64,000 bases of DNA, from contig CBDFIK010000006.1 in NCBI GenBank assembly GCA_965248105.1, positions 1,859,761 through 1,923,760 of the forward strand, read 5' to 3'. This stretch comes from Bryobacterales bacterium. GTDB lineage: Bacteria; Acidobacteriota; Terriglobia; Bryobacterales; UBA6623. Every line of letters begins with the position of its first letter. Positions within the stretch are counted from its first letter, which is position 1. The position numbers were made by a program, and so were the translations under genes. A model generated the notes under the pieces. The model did no database searches. It was not told where the DNA came from and worked only from the letters and a program-made list of their open reading frames with translations. This document shows positions 1 to 9,776 of this stretch, in pieces.

Positions 1-983
1 AAGTACCATTTCCAATAGGCATCCCAGCCCGCCGCTCCCTGAACTCTCGCTATGTCCGCTTCGCTGGAGCGCAGTACGGTTGCCAGCCGCTCTCCACGGC
101 GCAGGGCTTCGGAGGCGCGGCGCAATCGGGCAAAGCGACGAATTCCGAGCCACAGCCCTCGCATCCAAGCCCACCCGCGACCCCGCGAGAAGGCCAATCC
201 CGCCCAAAGCAACTGCGCCGCCAGAATAGGCCGCGCGTAGCGCATCAGCAGTCGTGCGGGATAAAACTTGGCCAGCAATAGCAATTGGTGGCAGGTCATC
301 CACTCGACCATCGCGCTGCTCCAAGCCCCCGAAGTCGCACTACCCCGATGATAGGCAACGGCCTGGGGGACATAGAGTCCTGAAAGATCCTCAATGGCGG
401 CCCGCAACCCCAAATCGACGTCCTCCAGATAGGCAAAGAACGCTTCCTCAAAAGGGCCGAGCCGTTCAAAGAACGTCCGCCGAAAAAGGCTGGCGGTCGC
501 CGAGGGGAAATACGTCAGGCGGCGGACGTTGAACTCAGGGCCGTCCTCTTTCCCGTGTCCCAACCGCCATGCGGTCCCACCGCGGCAAACGGCGTCCCCC
601 GCCCCGTCAATTTGGGCACGCCGATCGAAATCGAGAGTCTTGCCGGTAGCGAACCAAACGTTCTCGGAGCGCATAGCTTGCAAAAGTTGGGAGAGCCAGT
701 CCGGTGTTAGCTCGACGTCATTGTTCAACACCGCCACCCATTCTCCTCGGCAGGCAGCAATGCCTCGGTTCAGCGCCCGGCTGACACCTTCGTTGCGGCC
801 CAACCGCAACACCTGAAAGCCCTCTTGTTCAGCGACCGAGGCGGACTCGTCGGTCGAGCCGTTATCCACGACGAGGACTTCTACTTCCACGCCTTGAGGA
901 AGCCGCTGTTGGCGAATCGATTGCAGCAGCGGCATCAACAGCGCTTGCCGATTCCAGTGGGGAATGAGAATTGAGACCGTCAT
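1..983 (-). CDS. Glycosyltransferase family 2 (GT-A fold), 3' end runs off the window
   Basis: Manual translation from ATG at 983: MTVSILIPHWNRQ...VLVVDNGSTD...VAVLNNDVEL...FFAYLEDVDLGLRA. Absent from the ORF track because no stop codon occurs before position 1. Confidence 0.85.
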   Translation of the reverse strand, partial: MTVSILIPHWNRQALLMPLLQSIRQQRLPQGVEVEVLVVDNGSTDESASVAEQEGFQVLRLGRNEGVSRALNRGIAACRGEWVAVLNNDVELTPDWLSQLLQAMRSENVWFATGKTLDFDRRAQIDGAGDAVCRGGTAWRLGHGKEDGPEFNVRRLTYFPSATASLFRRTFFERLGPFEEAFFAYLEDVDLGLRAAIEDLSGLYVPQAVAYHRGSATSGAWSSAMVEWMTCHQLLLLAKFYPARLLMRYARPILAAQLLWAGLAFSRGRGWAWMRGLWLGIRRFARLRRASEALRRGERLATVLRSSEADIARVQGAAGWDAYWKWY

Positions 984-1289
984 CCAAACGCTCCGGGGAG
1001 CGTACCAGACGCGGTAAATAGGCGGGCTATTCTTAAATAGCACAACCCCGCGCTCGGAAGCAACCCAGCTGGACGACTTAGAGCAGCGGTTTGTTTTAGG
1101 ACAATTTCCCGAAAACGGTCAGCGGGCGCCCCTTCGGACGAACGTGTTTCCCGGGTAGCGGCCGGCGGCCAGCCCTATGCCAACCCCAGCGGTTTGTGCG
1201 ACCGCTCCAGCCAGTGATATACTTTTGGCGGCCTAGAGTGGCCGGTTTTTGCCTAGGCGGGCGGGTTGTGACGCCCGGGAGCTCTCATC

Positions 1290-2393
1290 ATGCGGGACCT
1301 GTGGATTACTCGGATCATATTCGTCAGCATCTTCGTCCTGATGTCGTTCCATTTGAAACCGTTCGGCCTACAGACCTTCCCGTCCGTTTTGGTCGGAGCC
1401 GTAGGCGGGACAGCGATCATCTTCTTCGAAAGTCGCCTGCGAAAGGTAAGCCTGAAGCGCCTGCTCGGCGCCGCGGTTGGATCGCTTCTCGGCATCCTGG
1501 GAGCTTCCCTGATGAGTCTGGTGCTGGAATCAAGCTTGCCGTCGGAAGCCGCTTCGTTCATCAATCTTGGCGTCCTGCTGTTCTTGGGATACGTGGGGAT
1601 AGTGGTCGGCAGCGCGAAGGGAGAAACACTCAACCTGGCGGCCTTAGGGGGTGTATTTGGGGAGGATAAAGCGCCCGAAAGGTCGCAGAAGCTCCTCGAC
1701 ACCAGCGTCATCATCGACGGTCGCATCGCCGACATAGCCGCGGCAGGGTTTATGGACGGAGTGCTGGTGGTTCCTCAGTTCGTGCTTTGGGAACTGCAGC
1801 TCGTGGCCGACTCGGCTGATAGTTTGAAAAGAAACCGCGGCCGGCGAGGATTGGACATTCTGCGGAAGATCCAAAAAATGTCGGACCTCAACGTCCAGAT
1901 TCTTGAAACCGATTATCCTCGCCTCAAGGAAGTGGATCTGAAGCTGATTCAGCTTGCTAGGGACATCGACGCCAAGATCGTCACGAACGACTTCAACCTC
2001 AACAAGCTCGCACAGCTGCAAGGCGTGCAGGTGCTGAACATCAACGAACTGGCGAACACACTCAAGCCTGTCGTTTTGCCGGGCGAGAGCATGCGTGTAT
2101 TCATCTTGAAAGAGGGCAAGGAGCTCAACCAGGGGGTGGCCTATCTCGACGACGGAACGATGGTGGTGGTGGACAATGCTCGCCGGTCCATCAATCAAAC
2201 GATCGAAGTTTCCGTTACCAGCGTTCTACAGACGACGGCGGGCAAGATGATCTTCGGTCGCTACGACGAGAAAACACAGCCCTCGAGCACATCGCACCGG
2301 GAACAAGAGCGCGCGTCAGCCGCGCCACGGGCCGGAGGCGGGCACTCCGCTTCCCACCGCCCCCACCGGGTTGAACATACCGCCGGACGCTAA
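1290..2393 (+). CDS. PIN/TRAM domain membrane protein (YacL-like)
   Basis: N-terminal TM helices, PIN motif LLDTSVIIDGRI, VTNDFNLNK, C-terminal TRAM GVAYLDDGTMVVV; directly upstream of ispD-ispF, a known conserved arrangement. Confidence 0.9.
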   Translation: MRDLWITRIIFVSIFVLMSFHLKPFGLQTFPSVLVGAVGGTAIIFFESRLRKVSLKRLLGAAVGSLLGILGASLMSLVLESSLPSEAASFINLGVLLFLGYVGIVVGSAKGETLNLAALGGVFGEDKAPERSQKLLDTSVIIDGRIADIAAAGFMDGVLVVPQFVLWELQLVADSADSLKRNRGRRGLDILRKIQKMSDLNVQILETDYPRLKEVDLKLIQLARDIDAKIVTNDFNLNKLAQLQGVQVLNINELANTLKPVVLPGESMRVFILKEGKELNQGVAYLDDGTMVVVDNARRSINQTIEVSVTSVLQTTAGKMIFGRYDEKTQPSSTSHREQERASAAPRAGGGHSASHRPHRVEHTAGR

Positions 2394-2398
2394 ACAGC

Positions 2399-3136
2399 AT
2401 GAAAGCCGTGGCGATCATTCCCGCCGCCGGGTTGGGAACTCGGATGGGAAAGCCTTCGGCCGAGAGCTCGGGAACCAGCCGCAAACAGTTCATGCTGCTG
2501 GAAGGAGCGCCGATCCTGATTCACACCGTCCGAAAATTTATCGCTGCCAGGGCGGTTTCGGAAATCTACGTAGCTGTGCGTCCTGAGGACATGGACCCCC
2601 TCCACCAGCAATTGCAAGAAGAAGGCTACGCAAAGCCGGTGCGCTTGGTCGAAGGCGGGCGCAGCCGGCAAGTCTCCGTGCGAAACTGCTTAGCCCAGGT
2701 TCCCTCCGGCACGGAGCTGGTTTGCGTCCATGATGCCGTCCGGCCCTTCGTAACCGTGTCGCAAATCGATGAAATCTGCGAAGAAGCGTCCAAGTCTGAA
2801 GCCGTGATTCTCGCCATCCCTCCGGTCGATACCATCAAGCAAATAGACCGCACCGTGATTCGTTCCACCCTCATGAGAGAACGCATCGTACTGGCACAGA
2901 CGCCACAAGTGTTCAAGTTTTCCTTACTCAAGAACGCTTTTGAACAGGCTGAGCGGGACGGATTCGTAGCCACCGACGAGGCCGGCCTGGTGGAGCATGT
3001 TGGCGAAGACGTTCACGTCATGCTGGGCAGCGATCGGAACATTAAGATCACCAAACCCGGAGACATGGCTCTGGCCCGCCTGTTCTATCAGGAGGAAACC
3101 GGGCCGGGCGCATCGAGCGGCGACGACCTTCGCTAA
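2399..3136 (+). CDS. ispD: 2-C-methyl-D-erythritol 4-phosphate cytidylyltransferase
   Basis: IIPAAGLGTRMG...KQF, VCVHDAVRPF, AQTPQVF, NIKITKPGD motifs. Confidence 0.95.
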   Translation: MKAVAIIPAAGLGTRMGKPSAESSGTSRKQFMLLEGAPILIHTVRKFIAARAVSEIYVAVRPEDMDPLHQQLQEEGYAKPVRLVEGGRSRQVSVRNCLAQVPSGTELVCVHDAVRPFVTVSQIDEICEEASKSEAVILAIPPVDTIKQIDRTVIRSTLMRERIVLAQTPQVFKFSLLKNAFEQAERDGFVATDEAGLVEHVGEDVHVMLGSDRNIKITKPGDMALARLFYQEETGPGASSGDDLR

Positions 3137-3141
3137 AATCA

Positions 3142-3645
3142 ATGAGCCTCGAGTTCCGTGTTGGGATCGGCTACGACCTTCATCCGATGGTGGAAGGGCG
3201 AAGGCTGATTTTGGGCGGCGTGGAAATCCCCTTCGAGCGGGGCCTGGCGGGTCACTCTGATGCCGACATCGTTCTGCACGCCGTCACCGACGCCCTCCTA
3301 GGGGCGGCGGGGCTGGGTGACATCGGCGAGCATTTCCCACCTTCCGAGCCGCGCTGGCGGGATGCCTCGAGCTTGGTTTTCCTACGTCATGCCTGTGAGC
3401 TGACTGCGAGGCAGGGTTACCGAATCGTTAACGTCGACGCTGTGATCGTCCTCGAGCAGCCTAAGATCTTGCCCTACCGCGATCGGATGCGCCAAACGGT
3501 GGCGAACGCTCTGGGGGTCGAGGTCGCGCGTATTGGGATCAAGGCCAAGACGGCCGAGGGCATAGGGCCGGTAGGGGAAGGCAAGGCCGCGGAAGCCCAC
3601 GCGACCGCTCTGATTTCCCGCCCACGACCCGCTGGGAGCGAGTGA
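3142..3645 (+). CDS. ispF: 2-C-methyl-D-erythritol 2,4-cyclodiphosphate synthase
   Basis: RVGIGYDLH, GHSDADIVLHAVTDALLGAAGLGDIGEHFP, KAKTAEG motifs. Confidence 0.95.
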   Translation: MSLEFRVGIGYDLHPMVEGRRLILGGVEIPFERGLAGHSDADIVLHAVTDALLGAAGLGDIGEHFPPSEPRWRDASSLVFLRHACELTARQGYRIVNVDAVIVLEQPKILPYRDRMRQTVANALGVEVARIGIKAKTAEGIGPVGEGKAAEAHATALISRPRPAGSE

Positions 3646-3750
3646 ATGTTTGGCGCGGCTAGAGCGACGTTCGAGGATTTGTACCGAGTGCCGGCCTGCC
3701 CTCGCGAGCGGGATTTCGGGCATTCCTCGACCACGCCCCCGCGAATCCAC

Positions 3751-3780
3751 TTGACTCCCTTTTGCGTTTTGATTCATGAT
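3751..3780 (+). promoter_or_regulatory. Possible sigma70-type promoter for coxSLMG
   Basis: TTGACT (3751-3756), 18-bp spacer, CATGAT (3775-3780), followed by AGGAG and the ATG at 3807. Confidence 0.35.
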
Positions 3781-3806
3781 TTATGGGCGCTCAGGAGAAA
3801 AGTCGC

Positions 3807-4283
3807 ATGCAGAAAACTATTCGAGTAACCGTCAACGGGCAGGAGCACGAGCGGTCGGTGGAACCGCGCCTGCTGCTGGTCCACTTTTTGCGAGAAGAAC
3901 TAGGCCTGACGGGCACCCACATCGGATGTGAATCCTCGGTCTGCGGAGCCTGCACGGTCGCCGTGGAGGGCCGAACCGTCAAGTCGTGCACGATGTTAGC
4001 CGTGCAGGCCGACGGGAAGGACGTTCGAACCATAGAGGGCGTGGCGCAAAACGGCAACCTACACCCGGTCCAGGAGGGCTTTTGGAACGAACATGGGCTG
4101 CAGTGCGGTTTCTGCACGCCAGGGATGATTATGTCCGTCAAGCAGTTGCTGGCGGACAACCCGGACCCGAGCAAGAAAGAGATCCGGCACGCCCTGGAGG
4201 GCAATCTGTGCCGTTGCACCGGCTATCAACACATTGTCAATGCGGTGGAGGCCGCGGCCCAGGCGGTCGCGGGAGGACAGTAG
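3807..4283 (+). CDS. coxS: 2x[2Fe-2S] small subunit of a CO dehydrogenase/xanthine dehydrogenase-family molybdoenzyme
   Basis: [10 protein letters not shown]...C and QCGFCTPG...GNLCRC motifs; start placed at ATG 3807 after an AGGAG RBS. Confidence 0.9.
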   Translation: MQKTIRVTVNGQEHERSVEPRLLLVHFLREELGLTGTHIGCESSVCGACTVAVEGRTVKSCTMLAVQADGKDVRTIEGVAQNGNLHPVQEGFWNEHGLQCGFCTPGMIMSVKQLLADNPDPSKKEIRHALEGNLCRCTGYQHIVNAVEAAAQAVAGGQ

Positions 4284-4287
4284 CGCG

Positions 4288-6636
4288 ATGGCAACCACAA
4301 CGACCAAACCCCAAGCAAAAACGCACGTCGGCCAGAGGATTCGACGGCAAGAAGATCCGCGTTTGATTACCGGAACCGCAACCTACGTTGACGACATTCA
4401 GCGGCCCGGCATGCTTTACGCGGCCGTGCTGCGCAGTCCTCACGCTGCCGCCAACATCAAGAGCATTTCGACCGCGGGGGCCATGGAGATGCCCGGCGTA
4501 AAGGCCGTGTATACGGGAAAGGACGTCAGCTCCGTGGGGCCGGTCCCCTGTGCCGGATCGATGCCCACTCTTCGCGTCCCGCACCATACGATCCTGGCGA
4601 CCGATCGAGTCTATTACGTCGGTCATCCGGTCGCGGCCGTGGTGGCATCCGACCGTTATGTCGCCCAAGACGCCCTAGAGCGCATTGAAGTCGACTATGA
4701 GCCCTTAGACGACGTCGTCGCTGATCCGGAGAAAGCCCTCGAGAAGGATTCCCGGAAGGTGCACCCCGAGTACGACGACAACGTGGCCTTTACCTTTCAC
4801 CTGGACGGCGGCGATGTCGAGAAAGCCTTCGCCGAAGCCGACACGGTAGTAAAGCTGCGCGTGGCGGTGCCGCGCTTGGCTCCCTCGCCCATCGAAACCC
4901 GCGGCGTCGTCGCCGAGTACGACGAAGGCGCCAAGGAACTCACGATCTACTCTTCGACGCAGATCCCCCACCTGCTGCGAACGCAGCTGGCGCTGCAGTT
5001 GAATCTTCCCGAGCATCACCTGCGAGTGATCGCGCCCGAGGTGGGAGGGGGCTTTGGCAGCAAGTGCAATGTTTGGGCGGAAGAGGCGCTGGCCGGTTAC
5101 ATTGCGATCCAGCTAAAGCAGCCCATCAAGTGGATCGAAAACCGCCGCGAGAGCATTCTTGTCGTCGCCCACGGGCGGGGACACCTCGACGACGTGGAAC
5201 TCGCTGCCAAGAAAGACGGCACGTTGACGGGATTGAAGCTGCGAATCCTCCAGGACATCGGCGGCCATCACCAGTTGCTGACGCCGATCATCCCGACCTT
5301 GTCGGTGCTGATGTTGCCGGGGCTGTACAAGTTCAAGAGCTTCACGGCGGACCTGATCGGCGTCTTCACCAACCTGGCGCCGACGGATCTCTATCGCGGC
5401 GCGGGGCGCCCCGAGGCCACCTACGTGATCGAGCGCATCGTCGATCGCATGGCGGATGAACTGGGGATGGATCCGGCTGAGATTCGGCTGAAGAACTTCC
5501 CTGGCGCGGATGAGTTTCCCTTTGAGACCGCTACCGGTCTCAGCTATGACAGTGGCGACTACGCGAAGACCTTCAACCTGGCACTTGACAAAATTGGCTA
5601 CCGAGAGCTCCTCAAGCGGCAGGAAGAGATGCGTAAGCAGGGCCGCCTGTTCGGCGTGGGGATATCGACCTATGGGGAGCTCTGTGCCTTTGGTCCCTCT
5701 CCAGCGACACCCGCCGGCGGCTGGGAGAGTGCCACTGTCGCTGTCGAGGCTACCGGCAAGGTTGCCGTCATGACGGGCACGTCGCCCCACGGGCAGGGGG
5801 CGGAGACCACTTTCTCCCAGCTGGCGGCGGATGCGCTCGGTATCCCCATGGACGACATCCTGGTGGTCCACGGTGACACGGCCAAAGTTCAACATGGCAT
5901 TGGAACATTTGGAAGCCGTAACACTGCGATCGGCGGCACAGCCGTACACCTGGCTCTGCAGGACGTTGTCAACAAGGCGAAAAAATACGCCGGCCATATG
6001 ATAGAAGTGGACGCCGCCGACGTTGCCTTTGAGGGTGGTGTTTTCTCATCGGCAAAGACCGACAAGACCGTCTCCTTCCAAGACGTAGCGCTCGAAGCCC
6101 ACCTGTGCAAGAACCTGCCGCCCGACACCGAACCGGGCCTCTCGGCGACCCGCTTTTTCGAACCCGCCAACTTCGCCTTCCCCTTCGGCGCGCACATCGC
6201 TGTCGTGGAGGTGGATCGCGAGACCGGGGAGATTCAGATTCTGCGCTACCTTGCCGTCGATGATTGCGGCAAAGTCATCAACCCATTGATGGTCGATGGC
6301 CAGATTCATGGCGGCGTGGCACAGGGCCTGGGACCGGCGCTGATGGAAGGAGTGATCTACGACGAAGACGGTCAGCTGATGAACGGCACGTTCATGGATT
6401 ACCCCATCCCCAAGGCGCAGCACATGCCCTGGATCGAGAGTGAGCGCACCGAAACACCGGCGCCCGGCAATCCCCTGGGGGTCAAGGGGGTCGGGGAAGC
6501 AGGGACCATCGGGTCGCTGCCCGCCTTTGTCAACGGCGTCGTCGACGCCTTGTCGCCTTTGGGCGTCGAGCACATTGACATCCCGATGACGCCGCAGAAA
6601 GTTTGGAACCTGATTCAAGAAAGGAGCCAGTCGTGA
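4288..6636 (+). CDS. coxL: Molybdopterin-binding large subunit, form II CoxL-like
   Basis: RQEDPRLITG, GGGFGSK, HGQGAET, FGSR, GVKGVGEAG motifs. The active-site loop reads LYRGAGR (form II type), not AYxCSFR. Start placed at ATG 4288. Confidence 0.9.
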   Translation: MATTTTKPQAKTHVGQRIRRQEDPRLITGTATYVDDIQRPGMLYAAVLRSPHAAANIKSISTAGAMEMPGVKAVYTGKDVSSVGPVPCAGSMPTLRVPHHTILATDRVYYVGHPVAAVVASDRYVAQDALERIEVDYEPLDDVVADPEKALEKDSRKVHPEYDDNVAFTFHLDGGDVEKAFAEADTVVKLRVAVPRLAPSPIETRGVVAEYDEGAKELTIYSSTQIPHLLRTQLALQLNLPEHHLRVIAPEVGGGFGSKCNVWAEEALAGYIAIQLKQPIKWIENRRESILVVAHGRGHLDDVELAAKKDGTLTGLKLRILQDIGGHHQLLTPIIPTLSVLMLPGLYKFKSFTADLIGVFTNLAPTDLYRGAGRPEATYVIERIVDRMADELGMDPAEIRLKNFPGADEFPFETATGLSYDSGDYAKTFNLALDKIGYRELLKRQEEMRKQGRLFGVGISTYGELCAFGPSPATPAGGWESATVAVEATGKVAVMTGTSPHGQGAETTFSQLAADALGIPMDDILVVHGDTAKVQHGIGTFGSRNTAIGGTAVHLALQDVVNKAKKYAGHMIEVDAADVAFEGGVFSSAKTDKTVSFQDVALEAHLCKNLPPDTEPGLSATRFFEPANFAFPFGAHIAVVEVDRETGEIQILRYLAVDDCGKVINPLMVDGQIHGGVAQGLGPALMEGVIYDEDGQLMNGTFMDYPIPKAQHMPWIESERTETPAPGNPLGVKGVGEAGTIGSLPAFVNGVVDALSPLGVEHIDIPMTPQKVWNLIQERSQS

Positions 6637-7493
6637 TTCCCGCCAGCTTCGATTACTCCGCACCTGAAACGCTTTCGGAAGCCCTCAAGCTGCTCAGCGA
6701 AAACCCAGACAGCAAAGTGCTGGCAGGCGGTCAGAGTCTGATACCGTTGTTGAAGTTTCGCCTGGCTGCGCCGGCACACCTCGTTGACCTGGGAGGAGTT
6801 CCGGACCTTCACTTCATTGCCGAGTCGGATGGCATGATCCGCATCGGTGCGATGACAACGCATCACCAAATCGAGGAATCCGATCTGCTCGGCGAGAAGT
6901 GTCCTCTGCTGGCCAAAACCGCGGCGAGTATCGGCGACGTCCAGGTTCGCAATCGAGGCACGATCGGGGGGAGCGTAGCCCACGCCGATCCGGCGGCGGA
7001 CTACCCGGCCGCCCTGCAGGCTTTGGAGGCTAAGGTCAGGATGGCCGGCCCCGGGGGCGAGCGCGAGCTGGGGATCGATGAGTTTATCGTCGATGCTCTG
7101 ACAACCGCTCTGGAAGCAAACGAAGTTGTGACGGAAATCCAAGTCCCCGTGGAAGGGAAGGGTGTCGGCGTTTCCTACCGCACCATCATTCATCCGGCTT
7201 CGGGTTTTCCCATCGCCGGCGCGGCAGCCAGGATTGGCATCAATGACGGGAAGATATCGTTCGCTCGGGTGGGGATGACGGGAGTGGCCTCGAAGCCCTA
7301 TCGCGCCACAGCGGTAGAGGCCGTTTTGGAAGGCAAGGCCGCCGATGCTGAAACCCTAGCCGCAGCCTCCGCTCTTGCAGCGGAGGGAGTCGAGGCTCTG
7401 TCAGATCTGCACGCGTCTTCCGAGTATCGGTCACATCTCGCCTCGGTCCAACTTCGGCGCGCACTAGAGGAAGCAGCCGAGAGCGCGCGGTGA
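6633..7493 (+). CDS. coxM: FAD-binding medium subunit
   Basis: IPASFDYSAP, LAGGQSLIPLLKFR, QVRNRGTIGGS, ADPAAD motifs; GTG at 6633 overlaps the coxL stop. Confidence 0.9.
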   Translation: MIPASFDYSAPETLSEALKLLSENPDSKVLAGGQSLIPLLKFRLAAPAHLVDLGGVPDLHFIAESDGMIRIGAMTTHHQIEESDLLGEKCPLLAKTAASIGDVQVRNRGTIGGSVAHADPAADYPAALQALEAKVRMAGPGGERELGIDEFIVDALTTALEANEVVTEIQVPVEGKGVGVSYRTIIHPASGFPIAGAAARIGINDGKISFARVGMTGVASKPYRATAVEAVLEGKAADAETLAAASALAAEGVEALSDLHASSEYRSHLASVQLRRALEEAAESAR

Positions 7494-7942
7494 AGATCAA
7501 GGGCCAATACAGCCTAGGCGCACCGCAGCAGCAAGTCTACAAGGCGCTGCTGGACCCCGACATTCTGGCGCGTACCCTGCCCGGATGCCAGTCGCTGGAA
7601 GCTGTCGGCGACAACCAGTACCGCATGAAGATGAAGCTGGCCGTAGCCAGCATTCAAGGCCTCTTTGAAGGGAAAGTTTCTCTCGAGGACCAGCAACCGC
7701 CTGAAAGCTTCCGCTTGCGCGTGGGAGGTCAGGGGAAGATCGGGTTCGTCAATGGAAACGGTCAGTTCACACTGCGGTCGAGCGACCCTTCGACGACCGT
7801 CATCGAGTACGAAGGCGACGTCAAGGTCGGCGGTCTGATCGCGGGAGTCGGCCAAAGGTTGATGGACATGACCACCAAGATGATGATTAAGCGCTTTTTT
7901 ACGTCTCTGTCGCGCGTGCTCGCGGAGAACGAGCAAAACTGA
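7490..7942 (+). CDS. coxG: CoxG / SRPBCC family protein
   Basis: LLDPDILARTLPGC...YEGDVKVGGLIAGVGQRL signature; translationally coupled to coxM. Confidence 0.88.
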   Translation: MKIKGQYSLGAPQQQVYKALLDPDILARTLPGCQSLEAVGDNQYRMKMKLAVASIQGLFEGKVSLEDQQPPESFRLRVGGQGKIGFVNGNGQFTLRSSDPSTTVIEYEGDVKVGGLIAGVGQRLMDMTTKMMIKRFFTSLSRVLAENEQN

Positions 7943-8078
7943 CCCTTTGCTGGGCGGACTGTTTGGACGCGTGGTTTTTGGGGGCCTATGATTTAGTCCT
8001 GAGTACCCGCGTACTGTGACGGTACCCGCGTACTAGGGAAATTCGCTACTTGACTCCGGGCCGCGAAAGTTTACACTA

Positions 8079-9603
8079 TAGCATTTTCCAATCCAAGAAT
8101 GAGCCTGAAGAAGGAGGATCGGACGGGCGGTGCTGCTGGGGTTCTCCTTTCAGTGGCGGTTAGGCAGTCAGTGGCAGTTAGGCAGCGGGGGATGGGGGTG
8201 CGGGGCAAGGGGGCTGGCGTTTGAAGTCCCCTTGCCCTGCTTCCATCACTGCAGAAATCTGTCAGCGACGAAGTCGACAACGGGCTAGCAGGGCGAGCTT
8301 GGCTTTCTGCATCCGCTGGGCCGCTGCCGTGTCGCTGTGGCGGCTGGCTTGCTGCTGGAGCGTCTCGGTTCGCACGCCGTCCTTGAGGTGCTTTTGCCAG
8401 TCGGGCAGCGAGAGTAGCTTTTCGTAGGGCGTGCGGTAGTCGGTGGCGCGATAGCGACGGCGGCGTTGGCCCCGGGCGGTGATCTCGATGGTGGCGAAGC
8501 CGCACGGGCGGTGGTAGTTCAGATAGGGATTGAAATAGGCTGTGTAGAAGCGCTGCAACGCGGAGGCATGCTCGGCGGCGATCGCTCCGTAGCCTATGTG
8601 CTTGCGCACCACGGCCCCGTTTTTGCCTTCCACCAGAGCGTTGTCGGTGGTGCGATAGGGGCGCGACTTGGTGAACTCGATCAGTAGCTTGTTGAGCAGC
8701 CGGGCCAGGCGGTGATTGAGAAACTCCGAGCCGTTGTCGCAGTGGAAGCCGCGCAGGCGAAAGGGGAACTGGTGCAACATCGCTTCCAGCACCGGGATCA
8801 GGTGTCGCTCCGAGATCGTCTCGACGCAGCCGACGACCTGCCACTGCGTGACCGTATCGACGGCGTTGATGTGATACAGCCCCGGGCGAGTGTCCCAGTG
8901 ACCCTGGTGCACCGTATCGACGCGCAGATAGCCGGGTTGTCCCTGTGGCTCGGGCTTGCGCCGCTCGGCGATCCCGACCTGTCGTCTCTGAGTGCGATCG
9001 AACACCACCCGCTGTGAGCGATAAGCCCGGGAGCGCCGCAGGTTGTAAATGTGGGAAATCGAGATGTGGGCCAGGCGGACGTACTCCGAGTTGGCGAAGA
9101 ACTGATACTCGCGCTCGAGGATGCGCCGTACCGCCGGCCCGGACAGACCCTCGTGGGCAGCGTCGACGGTTGCTAACAAGGCAATGTCCTGGGGTGTGTA
9201 GCGGCGCGGAAAGCGGCGCCGACGGGGTTGTCGGGCCTCGATCCGTCGGTGCCGAAGCCACTGCCCCATCAGCCGCGTCAACTGGGCCCGACTCAACCCG
9301 CTCAGCCGCGCCAGAAACCGCCGCACGATGCCCTTCTGCCTCCTGCCAAGCCGTCGGTAGTGCTGCGCCGCCAAGATACGCTCGACAAAGCGATAAATCT
9401 GCTCGCGTCCCTGGACTCTGAAGCCAATGCTTCGACTGCCGGCCAGGAACTCCTGCATCTCGGCCAGGGTAAGCCGCTCTAGGTTCTGCATGGTGATCGT
9501 CATTCACCAGCAGCTTGTACCCTTTCGTCCCGCTCACGTTCAGGCTCATCTTGTGTTGGAAACAAACCTCCCCTTCAGGCTCATCCTGTATTGGATAACT
9601 CTA
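8079..9603 (-). mobile_element. Insertion sequence with an rve-type DDE transposase (family unresolved; IS481/ISNCY-like)
   Basis: Left end TAGCATTTTCCAATCCAAGAATGAGCCTGAAG is an imperfect inverted match to right end CTTCAGGCTCATCCTGTATTGGATAACTCTA. A second subterminal copy lies at 9538-9563. CTA flanks both predicted ends (possible 3-bp target duplication). Confidence 0.75.
8262..9503 (-). CDS. DDE transposase / integrase core domain protein
   Basis: YLRVDTVHQG (D), FHCDNGSEF (D), DNALVEGKNG (E) catalytic triad; basic HTH-like N-terminus. Confidence 0.9.
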   Translation of the reverse strand: MTITMQNLERLTLAEMQEFLAGSRSIGFRVQGREQIYRFVERILAAQHYRRLGRRQKGIVRRFLARLSGLSRAQLTRLMGQWLRHRRIEARQPRRRRFPRRYTPQDIALLATVDAAHEGLSGPAVRRILEREYQFFANSEYVRLAHISISHIYNLRRSRAYRSQRVVFDRTQRRQVGIAERRKPEPQGQPGYLRVDTVHQGHWDTRPGLYHINAVDTVTQWQVVGCVETISERHLIPVLEAMLHQFPFRLRGFHCDNGSEFLNHRLARLLNKLLIEFTKSRPYRTTDNALVEGKNGAVVRKHIGYGAIAAEHASALQRFYTAYFNPYLNYHRPCGFATIEITARGQRRRRYRATDYRTPYEKLLSLPDWQKHLKDGVRTETLQQQASRHSDTAAAQRMQKAKLALLARCRLRR

Positions 9604-9626
9604 CTATTAGTGGTTACTAGTCGCCT

Positions 9627-9776
9627 ATGTTCATATTGGGAGGCTTTATCCTTGCCGCTTGGGTCTTCTGCTTTTTTTACTACGGAGATCTGCTTCCGAG
9701 GAACTGGAGCGTCGGGATGGTGATGGGCGGCCTATTCAGCATGGGTTGGGGTCTGCTGAAAGGCAAGCACTACTAA
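9627..9776 (+). CDS. Putative 49-aa small membrane protein
   Basis: Manual translation MFILGGFILAAWVFCFFYYGDLLPRNWSVGMVMGGLFSMGWGLLKGKHY*; two hydrophobic segments and a basic C-terminus; below the ORF-track cutoff; no clear RBS. Confidence 0.35.
   Translation: MFILGGFILAAWVFCFFYYGDLLPRNWSVGMVMGGLFSMGWGLLKGKHY

Noticed and set aside
4288-6636. Calling this a true (form I) CO dehydrogenase
   Set aside because: The active-site loop is LYRGAGR, lacking the Cu-binding Cys of AYxCSFR.
8040-8110. Possible dif/Xer site targeted by the neighbouring IS (as in some IS1202-group elements)
   Set aside because: No XerC/XerD 11-6-11 arm pattern recognisable at either IS flank.
8071-9549. 492-aa same-strand alternative-frame ORF spanning the whole IS
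   Set aside because: Pro/Ala/Arg-rich frameshift-shadow composition, no motifs, and it starts inside the terminal repeat; no evidence of an overprinted gene.
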